From NCBI RefSeq assembly GCF_902713615.1, contig NC_052154.1, positions 91,767,030-91,831,029 on the forward strand: 64,000 nucleotides of DNA, read 5' to 3'. Below are positions 1 to 11,995 of this stretch, piece after piece; the stretch's first letter is position 1, and each line of letters starts with the position of its first letter. Both the position numbers and the translations under genes were made by a program. The notes under the pieces were generated by a model. That model searched no databases. It had not been told where the DNA came from and worked only from the letters and a program-made list of their open reading frames with translations. Source of the stretch: Scyliorhinus canicula (taxonomy: Eukaryota).

Positions 1-300
1 ATTTACTGGTGTTCTTTGAAGGGGTAACGTGTGCTTATAGAGGGGATCCTGTCGACGTAATGTATCTGAATCTCCAGATAGTATTTAATAAGGTGCCACA
101 TCAAAGGTCATTGCAAACAATAAAAGCTTATGGTCTACTGTGTAGCATATTATCCTGGATTGATGATTGGCTGGCTGGCATAAAACAGATAAACGGGCTT
201 TGTCTGATTGACAGGATGTGAAGTGTGAGTTCCCACAGGGGCCTGTGCTGGCTCCTCAACGTTTTAGAATTTCTATTAATGATTTAGATGGGGGGCTCCA
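1..300 (+). mobile_element. Degraded CR1 LINE RT fragment
   Basis: ORF 9..221 FFEGVT...DPVDVMYLNLQIVFNKVPHQR matches the CR1 RT motif (FFEEVT...VDVVYLDFQKAFDKVPH) seen intact elsewhere in the window. Confidence 0.75.
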
Positions 301-348
301 TCTAAATCATTAATAGAATCCTGGGGGGGGTGGGGGGGGGGGGGGGGG

Positions 349-668
349 GGCACGTCGGCACAGTGAGTAGCACCGCTGCCTCAGACCGCCAGGAACACAG
401 GTTCAATTCCGACCTCGGGTGACTACGTGGAGTTTGCACTTTCTCTCCGTGTCTGCGTTGGTTTCCTGCGGGTGCTCCGCTTTCCTCCTGCTATCCACAA
501 TGTGCAGGTTAGTTGGATTGGCCATGCTAAACTTTCCTTAATGTCCAAAGGTTAGATCAGATTACTGGAATTGGGTGGGGGAGTGAGCACAGGTAGGGTG
601 CTCTTTTGGAGGGTTGGTGCAGATTATGTGGGCCAAATGGCCTGTTTTTGCACTGTCGGGGTTCTATC
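349..668 (+). mobile_element. HE1-like tRNA-derived V-SINE
   Basis: A/B-box head (ggcacagtgagtagcac...ggttcaattcc), central GGGTTTCCT..GGGTGCTCC core, CR1-derived tail. Confidence 0.85.
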
Positions 669-689
669 ATTCACATCTACCCTAACTAT

Positions 690-1240
690 GCTCCTCATAA
701 CATCATGCACTTCTATCAGGCCCCCTGCTCCAAGGAAAAGAGCACTAGCTTAGCCAATCTTTACTCGTAACTCGGAACCTCCAGCCCAGGCAGCATCCTG
801 GTAATCATCTTCTGCACCCTCTCCAGTGAAATTGTATCCTTACTATAATGTGTGTACTAGAAATGCGTGCAGTTGTGGCATAACCCGCATTTCATGAAGT
901 TCCAGCATGACGTCCCTGCTCTTGAATTCTTTGTGTCGGCTAATAAAGGCAAGTATCCCATGTACCTTCTTACCAACATTATTTACCTGCAGTCCCACCT
1001 TCAGGGACCTGTGGATGTGCAGTTCAAGGTCCTTTTGATCTTTAATAATTTCGAGGGTCCAGAGTTTAATCATTTGCTTTTCCAGCCCTCTCCAACTGCA
1101 TGACCTCACATTTTTCCAGATAGAATTCCATTTGCCACTCCTTTGCCAACATGACCTGTCCGTTCATTCCTCCTGCGTCTATGGTTATATATCTTACACT
1201 TTACCACCCTGTTAATTTTAATGTAATTCGCAGATCTGTC
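690..1240 (-). mobile_element. Degraded CR1 LINE 3' RT fragment
   Basis: ORF 843..1109(-) ...SLKVGLQVNNVGKKVHGILAFISRHKEFKSRDVMLEL resembles the CR1 ORF2 C-terminus. Confidence 0.75.
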
Positions 1241-1371
1241 ATCATACCATCCCCTCCCCATCCCCTAACTCAATGTACGTCACAAATAGCAAGGGCACCA
1301 AGCCCCACTTGAAACAAATTTCCAGTGTCAGAAACATAACTCCCCCATCAGCCCCTGCTTCCCTGCTTTGT

Positions 1372-1712
1372 GGGCAGCACGGTAGCACAAGTGGATCACA
1401 CTGTGGCTTCACAGCGCTAGGGTCCCAGGTTCAATTCCCCGCTGGGTTACTGTCTGTGCAGAGTCTGCATGTTCTCCCCGTGTCTGCGTGGGTTTCCTCT
1501 GGGTGCTCCGGTTTCCTCCCACAGTCCAAAGACGTGCAGGTTAGGTGGATTGGCCATGCTAAATTGCCATTAGTGTCCTAATAAATAAGGTTAATGGGGG
1601 TTGTTGGGTTAGTGGTATCGGGTGAATACGTGGGCTTGAGTAGGGTGATCATTGCTCGGCACAACATTGAGGGCCGAAGGGCCTGTTCTGTGCTGTACTC
1701 TTCTTTGTTCTA
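1372..1712 (+). mobile_element. HE1-like V-SINE
   Basis: gggcagcacggtagcacaagtgg head, conserved core, tail gggccgaagggcctgttctgtgctgtac. Confidence 0.9.
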
Positions 1713-1958
1713 TAAAATGTCAAGGACGTCAGTCGCATGGAACCAGACGGACCCCCAACTTTCCTCCACGTGAGGCGTCATTCTGAGGTGGTTATATATT
1801 ACCGTTCGGGATGAAACTCCAGGGAATTTAGATATGATAGTAATTAGCTTGCACATTCAAACCATGGACTGCTGCCTTCCATTACTTTACTTATATATTC
1901 TCTGACATTCACCTGCATAATGTTACACAGGCCCATTCCCCCCTCTATTTCCACTTAC

Positions 1959-2279
1959 CATGTACAATAAGCTCAGTCCCATTGCCATTGGAAACCTTTC
2001 CTACTTCTTCTTTGACGCTGCAATAATAGAAACCTGAGTCTTCGAAACTCACATTCAGCAGGTGCAACTCGACTGAACCTTGTTTAAAAGGTGTCACTAA
2101 TTTCCTTTCATCTGCAGTCCGATTTAATATCGCCTCCGATAAGTCTTTCCACCAATAGGTATCCACCTTTGCGCTGGCAAACAAAAGCTTCACAGAACAA
2201 TTCATGGTTACATTTGTACCTTCCACCGGAGTCAGACGGTCGGGCATCTGAACCACTGAGAGCGCGGCCGCGTCAGGAG
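1959..2279 (-). CDS. Ig V-set exon with germline-joined J-like G strand (NCR3/NKp30-like or non-rearranging antigen-receptor-like), receptor gene 1, exon 2
   Basis: Acceptor tgtttgtgtttatctctggcag| at 2280 and donor G|GTAAGT at 1958; 321 nt, phase 1/1. Encodes APDAAALSVVQMP...VTMNC...TYWWK...LHLLNVSFEDSGFYYCSV...SNGNGTELIVH, with B-strand Cys, C-strand Trp, DSGxYYC and GxGTxL motifs. Confidence 0.92.
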
Positions 2280-2464
2280 CTGCCAGAGATAAACACAAAC
2301 AGGGATTATTGGCGTAATCGGTGATTGGCAGAATTAAAAGTGAATGACAAAAAAGATGTGAAATATAACGAAGTAGTGGAAACTGCAAACAAGATTGAAA
2401 ATAAATGACCTCCATACAGTTCTTATTCCGATTTCTATTTTATCAAGCTCCCGCAAATATATAC

Positions 2465-2519
2465 CTGTGTAAATTATACCGAGTACTGAGAGGTAATGCA
2501 CGAGATGGAACAGAGACAT
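2465..2519 (-). CDS. Signal-peptide (leader) exon of receptor gene 1
   Basis: ATG at 2519; MSLFHLVHYLSVLGIIYT(G) is hydrophobic; 55 nt, phase-1 donor G|GTATAT; 185-nt intron joins in frame to the V exon. Confidence 0.8.
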
Positions 2520-3611
2520 GCTGTGGAAAGACGATCAACTCGGTCACTCGCGCTGCAAGTTAAACACCGAGGGTGGGATGGAGAGATTTGAAGGGAACCA
2601 GACGTTGGACCTGCTGAAAAATGGAGCATCACGAGTTATCGGAAGCTTCACATCAATACACTGGCTTCATCTTTCAATCAGATGTCAGAACATTCAGTGG
2701 TCGTTGCAACCGCCCACACCTCATTGTTTTTCAAGATAACATGAACATGTTGGAATGACGTGAACATTTCCGGATTGGTGCAACTCTGAGTTAATTCAAA
2801 CTGGCACACATATTTACATACGTGTTCCTGCAGGCACGGTGAATACTATTTTCTTCTAGTCGCTGCAGAGTTAGCTTAGATTGCAAAGAGAATATTCAGT
2901 GAAAACGCAGTCGGATAACTGCAAACATACTGCTGTTTATCAGTGCACCATTTGCTATCGAGACCCTTACATCGGAATTGAAGATAACCCGTCACTGTTT
3001 TAGCAGAAACAATACTTTGAAATCGATAAGCATTTAGCACACCAAAAAGAAATAAATTGTAGAATTAAGTCTCAGTCCGAATTACTGTACACGGTTTTCA
3101 GAGGTTAGTCAACATTTGTTAATTGACTGAGAAAACGGATTTTAATTGATTAAAGCCGGCTACCTGATGTGGCGGGTGACCGCGTAGTGCCCCTGATGAT
3201 TGCAGCTAGCTGATCATTGGCGATTGATGCTGCTGCTTGCAACTAATTGATGTTCCTCTCGTGACTGCAATTAGTGGCGACTGGTGTCCAGAGGAGCATA
3301 TGGCATAGGAGCAGAAGTCGGCAATTCGGCCCATCGAGTCTGCTCCATCATTCAATAAGATCATGGCTGATCGTGACTGCACGCTGCTTCTTCTATCTCG
3401 AGGATGGAGCTGTTAACGATTGAAATTATGCTGTTGGCACGGGTTCACGGTTGCGAACTAAGTAATGGTGTTCGTAAATAGATACATCTTCTGCTGAATG
3501 TTTGTTACTGTGCTGGTGACCTAGTACATTTGCTCCTGATGGTGCTGACGATGTTTTCTGCGACTGTTTAATGCTGTTTTATGGTAAGGTTTTGTTTGAG
3601 ACTGCAGGATA

Positions 3612-4546
3612 ATAGAACAAAGAACAAAGAAAATTACAGCACAGGAACAGGCCCTCCCAGCCTGCGCCGATCCAGATCCTTTATGTAACCTGTCGCCTAT
3701 TTTCCAAGGATCTACTTCCCTCTGTTCCCCACACGTTCATATATCTGTCTAGATGCATCTTAAATGATGCTATCGTGCCCGCCTCTACCACCTCTGCTGG
3801 CAAAGTGTTCCAGGCACCCACCACCCTCTGTGTAAAAAACTTTCCACGCTCATCTCCCTTAAACTTTCCCCCTCTCACCTTGAAATCGTGACCCCTTGTA
3901 ATTGACTCCCCCACTCTTGGGAAAAGCTTGTTGCTATCCACCCTGTCCATACCTCTCATAATTGTGTAGACCTTAATCAGGTCCCCCCTCAACCTCCATC
4001 TTTCCAACGAAAACAATCCTAATCTACTCAATCTTTCTTCATAGCTGGCACCCTCCATACCAGGCAACATCCTGGTGAACCTCCTCTGCACCCTCTCTAA
4101 AGCATCCACATCCTTCTGGTAATGTGGCGACCAGAACTGCACGCAGTATTCCAAATGTGGCCAAACCAAAGTCCTATACAACTGTAACGTGACCTGCTGA
4201 CTCTTGTACCCAATACCCCGTCCGATGAAGGCAAGCATGCTGTATGCCTTCTGGACCACTCTATCGACCTGCGTTGCCACCTTCAGGTTACCATGGACCT
4301 GAACCCCAGATCTCTCTGTACAACAATTTTCTCCAGGACTCCTCCATTGACCGTATAGTCGGCACTTGATCACCTCGCATTTGCCTGGATTGAACTCCAT
4401 CTGCCATTTCTCTGCCCAACTCTCCAATCTATCTATATTTTGCTGTATTCTCTGATAGTCCTCCTCGCTATCTGCGACTCCACCAATCTTAGTATCATCT
4501 GCAAACTTGCTAATCAGACCACCTATACCTTCGTCCAGATCATTTA
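3612..4546 (-). mobile_element. 5'-truncated CR1 LINE with 3' end
   Basis: ORF 3681..4604(-) contains SKFADDTK, WQMEFN and YCVQFWSPHY; 3' microsatellite tail seen as aacaaagaacaaag on +. Confidence 0.9.
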
Positions 4547-5097
4547 TGGACTTGGAAGTTCTGCGGATAAGTGGACAAAGTTGCTGGCGATGCTGCTGGG
4601 CCATTTTGCTGCGGGCAATGGTAACTCTGATTGAGCAATGCTGCTGGAGATTCTGTCTCGTTGTCAGTAATTTTCTACTGTTGTTTTTGCTGACTTGCTG
4701 AATTTGAGGTGATACTGTTCATAACTGGGCTATTTCTGCTCGTGACTGATACTTTGTGGTGGCGCTCCTGGTGCGCAGCTGGCGCTGCTGGTGTCTGCAC
4801 ACTTCTGCTGATGTATGAATGCACCTGCTGAAAGCTTGCTATGGTTCATTGTGCCCACCTTATTCTTTGGTAATTGGTTAATAGTGATGGTGTCTATTTG
4901 AATGCATTGATGGTAGTTTAATGACAGTGAAACTATAGTTTGATATGTATGTGTTGTTATCTTGGCTTCGTACTGTAGAAACGTAACTCTGCAGACAGTT
5001 TAACGTTGTTGTGTCAACACTGGAAGGTGCCCTGCTACTGCACGAATACCATCCAGTCGAAGACAATACTCAAATACCGTACTGATATGGTTGTACT

Positions 5098-5420
5098 CAG
5101 CACGGTAGCATTGTGGATAGCACAATTGCTTGACAGCTCCAGGATCCCAGGTTCAATTCCAGCTTGGGTCACTGTCTGCGGAGTCTGCACATCCTCCCCG
5201 CGTATGCATGGGTTTCCTCCCACAGTCCAAAGATGTGCAGGTTAGGTGGATTGGCCATGATCAATTTCCCTTAGTGTTCAAAATTACCCTTAGTGTTGGG
5301 TGGGCTCACTGGGATATGGGGATAGGTTGGAGGTGTTGACCTTGGGTAGGGTGCTCTTTCCAAGAGCCGGTGCAGACTCGATGGGCCGAATGGCCTCCTT
5401 CTGCAAGGTAAATTCTATAT
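5098..5420 (+). mobile_element. HE1-like V-SINE
   Basis: cagcacggtagcattgtggatagcac head; tail gatgggccgaatggcctccttctgca..aaattctat. Confidence 0.9.
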
Positions 5421-5439
5421 TTAAAAAATCACGCCAGTC

Positions 5440-5750
5440 TTTCAGAATCCTCCATCACCAGCTCGGGTATGTCCTGTCCAACTGGAAAGACAAGGAGACC
5501 ACAGGTGGTGACACAGATATGCGGTCGAAAATGGGCAGACAGGGTGGTTATCAGGATTGACGCCAGAGCTCATGAGATATAATGTGTTGAGTTTAAAATT
5601 GTGTAATATACATCTGCTGCTGATTATTACCAACCACACTACCTCAACCGATGAATCAGCACTTTTCCATGTTGGAAACCAAACAGAAGACGCATTGGGC
5701 ATTGCAAGGGCACATAATCTATAACGGATGACTGTCTTCAGGAATCTCAG
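5440..5750 (+). mobile_element. Endonuclease fragment of a CR1/L2-group LINE (same family as 51405-53430)
   Basis: ttattaccaaccacac...gatgaatcagcacttttccatgttggaaacc...gcaagggcacataatc resembles 51808-51900. Confidence 0.55.
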
Positions 5751-6989
5751 ATCAAGAGCGGCTCCATAACATTAATACGACCCAAAGGGGCCAAATCGAG
5801 ACTCATATGTGGGAATCTGGGCCTGTGAAAGGTAGTTTGAAAACCATCAAGAAGGAAGCAGTGCACTTTGCCTCACCCTCAACAAATGCCCTGTCGCAAA
5901 TGCATATGTCGACGACATGATTAGCCAAGAGTGAAAAACATACGCTTGCTCGAGAATGTCTTTCATTCTAACATACCCATGAACATTTTTTCATTTTTCA
6001 TTTTCTCACATGTGGGGTCAAACTGGATTCAGTTTGAAGCAGAGAGGCGGAGTCAGAAACGGTAACAAACACATACATAATAAGTTACCGTCATACTGAA
6101 GCTACAGCACATGATATGTATCCCACACAATGGAAACGACAGATGATAGGCGGATCGAATTGATGTAGAAATTAATGGATCAGATAAAAGCTCAGTTGTA
6201 CTTCCATAACTCAGGAAATTGAGAGATGGTTATTAAAGAGCCACCCGGAACAGAAAGTCCTACTAAAATCCTCACTTTGAATGATGAACGAGGCCAATGC
6301 ATTAGTATAAGCATTTGCAACCATCTTTAGTCAGATATTCATAACCTATGATGGATCTTGGCTTCTGCCTTATATACCAGTTTCGCAGAACACAGTCTTC
6401 AGCCATTTTGATTCACGGCCCGTTTTATAAATTAACGTCTGAAGTCACTGAATGCCATAAAGTGCATATGGCACAGCAACTTCATCGGTTTAGCGCATAG
6501 GACATGAACCCAGAGTTAACTTTGCCCTGAGTCAACCTGTTCCAATTCATATAGATTACAAGCATTTATCAAAAAATATGGATAATTGCCCAGGCATATT
6601 TCACGGGCTTTAGTTTTGTGAGGGCTCCTTAATTCTGTCTGTCTCCCTCCATCTCATGTGTTCAGCTCTTTTATACATGGTGACAGCCATGTTTAACGAG
6701 GGTAGGAGCCAGGTGGTTCTGGTGTGTGCTAAATATGACCATTAGTGAGCAGTTTCCTGCTCTTTACGCGTCGCTTGATAGCACAGTTGGTAGCACTATC
6801 CATTATTATTAGAGAGCAGAATGATGCGGGTGGAATTGGCTGTATTAGATTTGTGTGCACAATGATTGATATTACAGATGATCTATGAAAACGAAGCAGA
6901 ACATGTGTTGGAGAGAAAGGAAGGTTAACATTTGAATTTATTGAACTCAATCCCAATCCAGATAGCTGTAAAGTGCCGATAAAGCATGC

Positions 6990-7455
6990 ACATTTAAAAT
7001 GCATAGGGTTGGGGGCATGCATTGAGAATCGGTTAGAGGGCAGGAAAGAGAGAGTAGGAATATTGTGATAATTTTCGAAGTGGCAGGCATTTACTAGTGG
7101 GGTCCCGCAGGGACCCGTGCATAGAGCCCAGCTGGTTGGAATATACATCAATGATTTGGATGAGGGGACGAACAGTAATATTTCCAGGTATGGCGATGAC
7201 ACGAAACCTGGTGAGAAGGCGACGGCAAGCAGGACTTAGAGAGTTTAAGCGGATTTAGACAAGGTGAGTGAGTGAGTGCAAAAATATGGGCAGTATGACT
7301 TCGATTCATGATAAGTTATCCAGTTCGGAGAGAGAAACGGAATGGCAGTGTTTTTTAAATGGTGACAGATTTGGGAATATTGTGGAACAAAGCAAACTGG
7401 GTGTCCTTGTGCACGGGGCACTGAAAGCGAGAATGCAGGTCCAGCAAGCAGTTTT
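6990..7455 (+). mobile_element. Degraded CR1 RT fragment
   Basis: gtgactagtggggtcccgcaggg and gatgacacgaaac (SGVPQG / DDTK) remnants. Confidence 0.7.
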
Positions 7456-7643
7456 CATAAATGAATGAAATAAAAATCGCTTATTGTCACAAGTAGGCTT
7501 CAAATGAAGTTACTGTGAAAAGCCCCTAGTCGCCACATTCCGGCGGCTGTTCGGGGAGGCTGTTACGGGAATTGAACCGTGCTGCTGGCCTGCCTTGGTC
7601 TGCTTTCAAAGCCAGCGATTTAGCCCTGTGCTAAACAGTCCCC
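7455..7643 (-). mobile_element. tRNA-derived SINE, non-HE1 family (gggctgtttag...aggcgccggaatgtggcgactagggg...(ATTTC)n tail)
   Basis: Reverse complement is near-identical to copies at 19201-19396 and 60826-60995. Confidence 0.85.
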
Positions 7644-9771
7644 TTCATTGAAGGCCTTCATTGACTTCCGGTGGCAGCCATGGCGGAGGAGGTCGCATAT
7701 TTGATTGCTCCCGCCTGTGACGGACTTTTGCACCTTTTCCCCCATTTTTTCCGGATTTTATGGGAAAAATCGGTGAAGAGTCAGACAATGAAGAGAAATC
7801 CCCCTCCAGTGTATCGGGAATTGGCCCAGATGTGGCCGTGTGAGAAGACCCAAGTTCTACAAGGAAGACGCGAGCAGAGCTGGCAACGTGGGAAAGCATG
7901 GTGGAGCAGCAGGGCAGCGGGGAGACAGCACAGTGGTCGACGGAGCTTCTGGTGAAGTTTTTTGAAGATTGCTTCGCCATGCTTAAGAAGGACATGCTGG
8001 ACCCGATCAAGGCTTTGATTGATCAGGTGGTGGAGAATCAGGAAACCCACGGATATGTGACCCAGGAGGTGGAGAAAAAGGTGTCCAAGCACGAGGAATA
8101 CATAACTGTGCTGGACACCAAGGTGGAGGCGATGAATGGCTGCCAGAAAAGAATGCAGGAGAAGCTGGAGGACCTGGAGAGCAGGCTCAGGAGGCAGAAT
8201 CTGAGAATCATCTGCCTCCCTGAAGGCAGTGAGGGATTGGATGTGAGGGCCTATGTGAGGCGTGCCCTCGGCCCCTGGAAGTGGATAGAGCACACAGAGT
8301 CCTCGCGAAAAAGCACCGAGCGAACGATGCGCCGAGGGCGATGGTGGATCATTTGCATCGATTCCTGGACAAGGAACACGTTCTGCGGTGGGCCAAGAAA
8401 TAATGGAGCAGCAAGTGGGAGAACTGTGAGCTGCGCATTTATCAAGACCTGGGCGCGGATTTGGCCAGGAGTCGAGCTGGGTTTTTCCGGGCAAAAACGG
8501 CCCTCTTTAAGAAGGGGATGAAGTTCGGGATGTTGTACCCAGCCCATCTGTGGGTCACATATGAGGAACGGGATTTCTATTTTGAAACAACAGACGACGG
8601 ACGGACGTCCATCAAGAAAATAAAGACTGGAGGTGAATTAAAGACACTGAATCCTTGGAAATATTGTAGTGGCGATTTGTTGAAAATCACTTTTGTGCTG
8701 ATTTGAATAAGAAGTGCTGTGTGCAATGAGGGGCTGTTTCAATGACTAAAGTTAACTTTGTCTTACTGGGAGCGGGTTGGAAGGGTTTCAACTGTATTTT
8801 CTGATGTTTTTAACTGGGTAATGTGATGCTTTGAATATGTTTGTCCAAGTAGGGGTAGAGGCAAAAGAACAATGGTGAGACAGTCTGTTTGGTGCCATGT
8901 CTGGGAGCTGTCAAGTCAGCTTGGGTCAGCCGACTCAAGGAAGCACAGTGGGGGGAGAGCAGGTGTTAAGCTGGAGCTTGATAGGGGGGTTGAGCTTCTA
9001 GTGCTGTTACGAGAGGGGGGGCAGGGTAGGTCGGGGTGAGCTGCTTTGCTGACAGGGGAGGAACTGTTACTAGGGGACAAATGGGAGGACGGGGATTGCG
9101 AATTCCCGAGGGGGGTCTCGAGGAGGACGGGGGTGCGAGCTGGAGGCTGGCCTAAAATGAGTGATGGCTAGTCGGCAGAGGGGGGGTGGCAAGCCTCCCG
9201 ACCAGGCTGATTACGTCGAACGTGAGACGGTTGAATGGGCCAGTCATGCGTGTTTGCGCATTTGTGGGGGCTGAAGGTGGACGTGGCAATGCTATAAAAG
9301 ACACACCTAAAGGGTATAGACCGGATTAGATTGAGAAATGGGTGGGTTGGCCAAGTAGTCCATTCAGGGCTGGACTCAAAAACCAGGGGGTAGCGATCTT
9401 GATCAATAAACGTGTGGCATTTGAGGCAGGGAGAATCGTGTCAGACATGATGGGCAGGTACATAATGGTGAGTAGAATGCTGGATGGGGTGTGGGTTGTA
9501 CTCGTGAATGTATATGCTCTGAATTAGAACGATGTGGAATTTATGAGGCTGGTGTTAGGTAAGATCCCAGACTTCGAGTCACATAACTTGTTCGTGGGGA
9601 GATTTTAATACAGTCAATGATCCAGAATTGGATTGGTCAAAATCGAGGAGAGGGAGGGTGCCAGCCGCGGCAAAGGAATTGGAGGGGATTATGGTACAGA
9701 TGGGGGGAGTAGACCCATGGAGGTTTGCATGGCCAAGGGCAAAGGAGTTTTCCTTTTTTCTTCCATGTCCA

Positions 9772-9935
9772 CAAGGAACTTTGTACTGTGGGTGGAAACC
9801 GAAGCACCCGGAGGAAACCCACGCACACATAGGCAGAATGTGCAGACTCTGCACAGACAGTGACCCAAGCCGGGAATCGAACCTGGGACCCTGGAGCTGT
9901 GAAGCAATTGTGCTAACCACAATGCTACCGTGCTG
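9772..9935 (-). mobile_element. HE1-like SINE, 5' half
   Basis: Reverse complement of the HE1 head and core (ggaaaccgaagcacccggaggaaaccc). Confidence 0.85.
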
Positions 9936-9981
9936 ATATTGAGCTCACTGCTGGTGAGGGCATTTATTGAAGCAAGAGGGA

Positions 9982-10110
9982 AGGGCAGCACGGTAGCATT
10001 GTGGATAGCACAATTGCTTCACAGCTCCAGGTTCCGAGGCTCGATTCCAGCTTGAGTCACCATCTGTGCGGAGTCTGAACATCCTCCCCGTGTGTGCGTG
10101 GGTTTCCTCT
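9982..10110 (+). mobile_element. HE1-like SINE, 5' half, interrupted by CR1
   Basis: gggcagcacggtagcattgtggatagcac...gggtttcctct. Confidence 0.8.
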
Positions 10111-11995
10111 GCTCTCCCTGTTCCTCCACATTGCCAAGAACCGTATCATTAACCCTGTATTCCGCATTAATATTTGTCCTTCCAAAATGGTCAATCTCAC
10201 ACTTTTCAGGGTTAAACTCAATCTGCCACTTCTCAACCCAGCTCTGCATCCTATCTATGTCTTTTTGCAGCCGACAACAGCCCTTCTCACTATCCACAAC
10301 TCCACCAATCTTCGTATCGTCTGCAAATTTACTGACACACGCTTCAACTCCCTCATCCAAGTCATTAATGAAAATCACAAACAGCAGAGGACCCAGAACT
10401 GATCCCTGCAGTACGCCACTGGTAACTGGGCTCCAGGCTGAATATTTGCATTCCACCAGCACTCTCTGACTTCTATCAGTTAGCCAGTTCGTTATCCAAC
10501 TGGCCAAATGTTCCACTAGCCCATGCCTCCTTACGTTCTGCATAAGCCTACCATGGTGAAACGTATCAAATGCCTTACTAAAATCCATGGACTCTACATC
10601 CACTGCTTTACCTTCATCCATGTGCTTGGTCACCTCCTCAAAGAATTCAATAAGACTTGTGAGGCAAGACCTACCCCGTGCTGACTATCCCTAATCAAAC
10701 ATTGTCTTTCCATATACTCAGAAATCCTATCCCTCAGTACCGTTTCCATTACTTTCCCTCCCACTGAAGTATGACTAACTGGCCTATAATTCCAGGGGTT
10801 ATCCCTATTCCCTTTTTTGACAGGGACACGACATGCACCACTCTCCAATCCCCTGGTACCACCCCTGCTGACAGTCAGGACGAAAAGACAGTCAGAGCCA
10901 ACGGCTCTGTAATTTCATCTCTTGCTTCCCATAGAATCCTTGGATATATCCCGTCAGGCCCGGGGACTTGTCTATCCTCACGTTTTTCAAAATGCCCAAC
11001 ACATCTTACTTCCTAACTAGTATCTCCTCGAGCTGACCAGTCGGTTTCACACTGTCCTCTCCAACAATATGGCCCCGTTCACCCGTAAATACTGAAGAAA
11101 AGTACTCGTTGAAAACCTCTCCTATCTCTTCAGACTCCATACACAATCTCCCGCTACTGTCCTTGATTGGATCAACCCTCGCTCTAGTCAATCTCATATT
11201 TCTCACATATGTGAAAAAGGCCTTGGGGTTTTCCTTGATCCTACCCACCAAGTGTTCTTCACGCCCTCTCTTACCTCTTCTAATCCCTTTCTTCAGTTCC
11301 CTCCCGGCTATCTTGTATCCCTCCAGCTCCCTGACTGAATTTTATTTCCTCAGACTTAGCTAAGTATCCTTCTTCCTCTTACCAAGACATTCAACATCTC
11401 TTGTCAACCATGGTTCTCTCACTCGACCATCTCTACCCTGTCTGACAGGGACATACATATCAAGGGCACGTGGTATATGTTCCTTGAACAAGTTCCACAT
11501 TTGTGTCCTTCCCTGGCAGTCTATGTTCCCTACTTATGCACTTCAGTTCTTGTCTGACAGCATCGTATTTACCCTTCCTCCAATTGTAAACATTGTTCTG
11601 TTGCTCGCACCTATCCCTCTCCATTACTAAAGTGAAAGTCACAGAATTGTGGTCACTATCTCCAAAATGCTCCCCCACAAACAAATCTATCATTTGCCCT
11701 GGTTCATTACCAAGTACCAAATCCAATATGGCCTCCCCTCTGGTAGGACAATCTACATACTGTTTTAGAAAAGCTTCCTGGACACACTGCACAAACACCA
11801 CCCGATCCAAACTATTGATCTAAAGAGTTTCCACTCAATATTTGGGAAGTTGAAGTCACCCATGACTACTACTCTGTGTCTTCTGCACCTTTCCAAAATC
11901 TGTTTCCCAGTCTGTTCCTCCACATCTCTGCTGCTATTGGGGGGGCCTATAGAAAACTCCCTCAAGGTGACTGTTCCTTTCCTATTTCTGGCTTC
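10110..11995 (-). mobile_element. CR1 LINE ORF2 fragment (EN to RT) nested in L1
   Basis: ORFs 10019..10633, 11006..11251, 11460..11810(-): SGVLQGSVLGP, SKFADDTK, PTRGEAILDLVLGNE, VMGDFNFPNI. Confidence 0.9.

Noticed and set aside
323-350. Long poly-G runs (also ~12517, 13050, 16582, 32463, 34049, 34084) as G-quadruplex signals
   Set aside because: Lie within or at the edges of LINE and SINE copies; homopolymer lengths are unreliable and no function is indicated.
349-420. tRNA-like A/B boxes as tRNA genes
   Set aside because: All are heads of tRNA-derived SINEs, with no complete cloverleaf.
1273-1581. Recurrent short ORFs such as ...GSIPGLGHCLCGVCTFSPCLRGFPPGAPVSSHSPK (also at 5006, 9579, 15387, 23578, 47751, 53552)
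   Set aside because: Incidental translations of HE1-like SINE copies, not genes.
1959-2000. Possible RSS or rearranging V segment
   Set aside because: No CACAGTG heptamer/nonamer after YYC; the J-like strand is encoded in the same exon and ends at a splice donor.
7781-8547. Minus-strand ORFs of 237 and 98 aa
   Set aside because: Antisense shadows of L1 ORF1.
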